Positions 61,386 to 64,000 of a stretch of 64,000 nt of DNA are shown one piece after another; positions within the stretch are counted from its first letter, which is position 1, and each line of letters opens with the position of its first letter. The notes under the pieces were generated by a model. The model was not told the origin of the DNA. It saw only the letters and a list, made by a program, of their open reading frames with translations, and searched no databases. The position numbers and the translations under genes were made by a program. Origin of the DNA: Dehalococcoidia bacterium (GTDB taxonomy: Bacteria > Chloroflexota > Dehalococcoidia > Plut-88900); the NCBI GenBank assembly GCA_965197645.1, contig OZ240219.1, forward strand, positions 3,040,001 through 3,104,000. Direction: 5' to 3'.

Positions 61386-63284
61386 TTGATCTCAAAGCGA
61401 AAAACACTAACAGCGTTACTGGCCGTAGGGCTGGTAATAGTAATGATAGCAGCGGCCTGTGGTGAGGACGCTACACCTACTCCAGTACCCGAAGTCGTGG
61501 AAGAAGCTGGAGAGGAGCCTATTGAAGAGGTTCTGGAGGACGTAGAGGAGGAACCGGTCGAGGAGGTGATGGAAGAAGAGGTAGTGGAGGAGGAACCGGT
61601 CGAAGAAGTGATGGAAGAAGAGGCAGTTGGTGAGCAGCCACTTCCCGGGGGCACGCTCCGAGTCACCTACGGCGATGACCCACCTACCTGGGATCTGAGA
61701 AAGACCACCTCTTATGCTGCCGGCATGGTCTCCGGTTTCATCCACGTCTTCCTGACCAGATGGGATATGACGAACCCGCAGGGCACCAGCGACTTTACCC
61801 CCCGATCCGAGTTGGCCGAGTATTGGGATGTGAGCGAAGACGGTCTCACCGTCACCTTCCACCTGAGGCGGGGCATCAAGTTCCAGGACATCTTCCCAGT
61901 CAACGGCAGGGAAGTTGTGGCCGACGACGTGGTCTTCTCCTATAACCAGTTCCTGGCCCCCGATGCTCCGAACCGCGCGCTCCTTGGACCCGTCACCAAC
62001 GTCAGTGCACCCGATGACTACACCGTCGTGTTTGAGTTCTCCGTTCCTCACGCTGCCTTTCTTACCTATACCTCTCACACCTTCTTCCCCATCCTGGCGC
62101 CGGAGGTGCTCGATGAGTTCGGTGACTTTTCCACGGCCGAATCGGCCATCGGAGCTGGCGCTTTTATTCTGGAGAGCCACGACCGCGGCGTGGAAATGAT
62201 CTTCGTCAAGAACCCCGACTACTTCAGAGGCGAAAACGGCATAACCGGCGAGAGCCTCCCCTACATCGACAGGATAGAAGCCTATAACATCCCGGACAGA
62301 GATGCTCGAGAGGCTATGTACAGATCCGGTGAGATCGATGAGCCGGGCTCTGGCGCCTACTGGGGGTTCTGGAACGTCTGGGGCCCCACGCTTGAAATCA
62401 TGGCCGAAAACAACCCGGAGTTGGTCGAGAACCTGCGAACTTTTTCTGACACAGCATGCCAGCTCTACGCCTTCGCTCCGAACGTGGACACCTTCCCCTT
62501 CATGAACCAGAAGGTACGGCAGGCCGTGTCCATGGTTGTGGACCGTGGTGACGCTTGGACGGTCGTCTCAGGCCCCTGGCTCGACTCGCGCGAACTCTCC
62601 TCTCGTCACCCGTGGTTCGTGCCTCTTGATGAGTTGGGTGAGGGAGCCGCGTACTACCCTGTGGATGAAGAAGGCAACTACGTACGAGACATCGAGGGCG
62701 GCCTGGCCCGTCTGAACGAAGGGCTTCAGGAGCTGATCGATGCCGGAGAAGCCCCCGAGGGATTCGAGATTGGCGATAGGATATCGGTGGACCTGAACAT
62801 GAATAGTGAATACGGTGAGGGCATCCAGGCCGGCGGTGAGCTGATCGTCTCCTGGCTGAACGACCTCAACTTCGATGTCACCATCAGGGGGAAGGTATAC
62901 GCAGAATACGTCTCCACAACCATGATTGGTGACTTCGAGGGCCTGATGTTCGGATGGAACCACGTTTGCCTGGACCCGGACGAGGGGCTCTTCGGCCTCT
63001 ACCATCCCGATTCCCTGGAGAACAAGGCCAGCGTAAACGATCCTGAGCTCACCCCACTGCTCGATGCTCAGCGAGCAGAGCTGGACGTTGACGCAAGAGG
63101 GGAAATAATCAAAGAGATCCAGAGACTGATGGCTGTGAAACAGTACATGTGGCAGTTCCCGGCATACGTCGTCACTAACGCCTTTCCTGACTACATAAAT
63201 AATGTCGGCCCTCAGAAAAAGTACGATGTAGGCGGCATGTGGCTGAGTGCATGGCTCACCGAGGACGCCCCGGGTAGACAGTAA
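61386..63284 (+). CDS. family 5 ABC substrate-binding lipoprotein with acidic repeat linker
   Basis: IAAAC lipobox; EEEPVEEVMEEE x2; LAEYWDVSEDGLTVTFHLRRGIKF; NGREVVADDVVFS; KVRQAVS. Confidence 0.92.
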   Translation: MISKRKTLTALLAVGLVIVMIAAACGEDATPTPVPEVVEEAGEEPIEEVLEDVEEEPVEEVMEEEVVEEEPVEEVMEEEAVGEQPLPGGTLRVTYGDDPPTWDLRKTTSYAAGMVSGFIHVFLTRWDMTNPQGTSDFTPRSELAEYWDVSEDGLTVTFHLRRGIKFQDIFPVNGREVVADDVVFSYNQFLAPDAPNRALLGPVTNVSAPDDYTVVFEFSVPHAAFLTYTSHTFFPILAPEVLDEFGDFSTAESAIGAGAFILESHDRGVEMIFVKNPDYFRGENGITGESLPYIDRIEAYNIPDRDAREAMYRSGEIDEPGSGAYWGFWNVWGPTLEIMAENNPELVENLRTFSDTACQLYAFAPNVDTFPFMNQKVRQAVSMVVDRGDAWTVVSGPWLDSRELSSRHPWFVPLDELGEGAAYYPVDEEGNYVRDIEGGLARLNEGLQELIDAGEAPEGFEIGDRISVDLNMNSEYGEGIQAGGELIVSWLNDLNFDVTIRGKVYAEYVSTTMIGDFEGLMFGWNHVCLDPDEGLFGLYHPDSLENKASVNDPELTPLLDAQRAELDVDARGEIIKEIQRLMAVKQYMWQFPAYVVTNAFPDYINNVGPQKKYDVGGMWLSAWLTEDAPGRQ

Positions 63285-63310
63285 ACTAATCAGATAGCCG
63301 AAAGTAACGT

Positions 63311-63349
63311 AAAAGAGCGGGCCCCGACGACGTCGGGGCCCGCTCTTTT
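63311..63349. terminator. bidirectional intrinsic terminator
   Basis: AAAAGAGCGGGCCCCGAC-GAC-GTCGGGGCCCGCTCTTTT perfect hairpin. Confidence 0.9.
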
Positions 63350-63487
63350 GTCCTCTTTGTGCTCTTCGGCGTGGGCTTCACCGCTCCCAGAGCCGAAGTC
63401 ACCCCTGAAATCCACTCCTGTATATTCGACTTGGGACGGGAGCATCCAGACGCGGTTGTAGCCTTCCTGGCAATCGAGACACCACCT

Positions 63488-63705
63488 GGCTGAACGTGAA
63501 GACCCGTGGCGGCCACGGCGCCGCATGCTCGGCATCTGCGAGATGCTTGCTGACGACCACGACGACATGGTGGTGAAGGCAATGTCCTGGGCGCTTCGAG
63601 AGCTCGTCGCCTGAGACCCGAATGCCGTGGAACGCTTCCTCTCGAGTAATGAAGACCGCCTGGCCGCAAGGGTAAAGCGGGAAGTCCGCAACAAGCTGAG
63701 CCTCC
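63488..63705 (+). pseudogene. DNA alkylation repair (AlkD-like HEAT) protein 3' fragment
   Basis: LNVKTRGGHG / ICEMLADDHDDMVVKAMSWALREL..*..RVKREVRNKL. Confidence 0.7.
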
Positions 63706-63770
63706 AACCCTGCGGGCCGGAGGCTCATGGGGCCTATTCGGGGTAGCCTGAGCGAGTCCTTATATTAGGA

Positions 63771-64000
63771 CCTCCTACCGAAAAGTTCGCCATTCAATAC
63801 GTGCAGGAGTAGTAAAGCGGACTCGAATCTCCAAACGGAGCCCCCGCGCCTGTGCCCGCCAGCTAGGTGCATATCGTAAGCCAGGTCGAGTTACTCCAGT
63901 GACATTCTTGGGCGAAGGCCTGATGTCCTGCCTTGTCAGGTAATTGATTGGTACGTTTACTTTCGGTGTATTGTTGTGGTAACAAATGTGGGAAACGAGA
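63771..64000 (+). repeat. island-terminal conserved segment, copy 2
   Basis: Homologous to 44917-45140, ending TTGTTGTGGTAACAAATGTGGGAAAC. Confidence 0.8.

Overview
GC-rich bacterial window, almost entirely accessory DNA. The host is probably Chloroflexota/Dehalococcoidia-like and possibly host-associated (inference from PT-linker/FN3/LRR surface proteins and the family-5 SBP). 1-11.6 kb: backbone of a conjugative/integrative element with a Cas4-like nuclease, ssb, radC, a DUF6094 methylase, an SNF2-like helicase and a PRTRC-type ubiquitin-like module (Ubl, E2-D, JAB, ThiF/E1). 11.9-24.7 kb: the best candidate for a new system. Two copies of a secreted FN3-(PT)n-LRR protein have near-identical promoter and N-terminal DNA but highly diverged Cys-rich C-terminal domains. 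Copy 1 is followed by an array of membrane-anchored LppX/LprAFG-like partner genes with orphan and decayed members, and copy 2 by one partner. The locus is divergent from a hybrid kinase-regulator. 24.7-37 kb: a second decayed PRTRC remnant, an ImmA-like gene, a DuOB-DUF488-DUF488 module, an IS481 and a large lipoprotein broken by two in-frame stops. 37.6-44.7 kb: SRAP, recN, and a HigB-HigA/ImmA-Nmad2-tandem zinc-ribbon operon (candidate defence system). At 45.2 kb a tRNA-Ser 3' fragment marks an att junction between two related tandem islands. The second island carries a dead P4-like integrase fused to a truncated CBASS CdnE, a type I R-M operon with two embedded TA pairs, a MetB-family enzyme and a peptide ABC system whose permease contains a YCF48/BNR propeller. 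All family assignments are by motif recognition; no database search was run.
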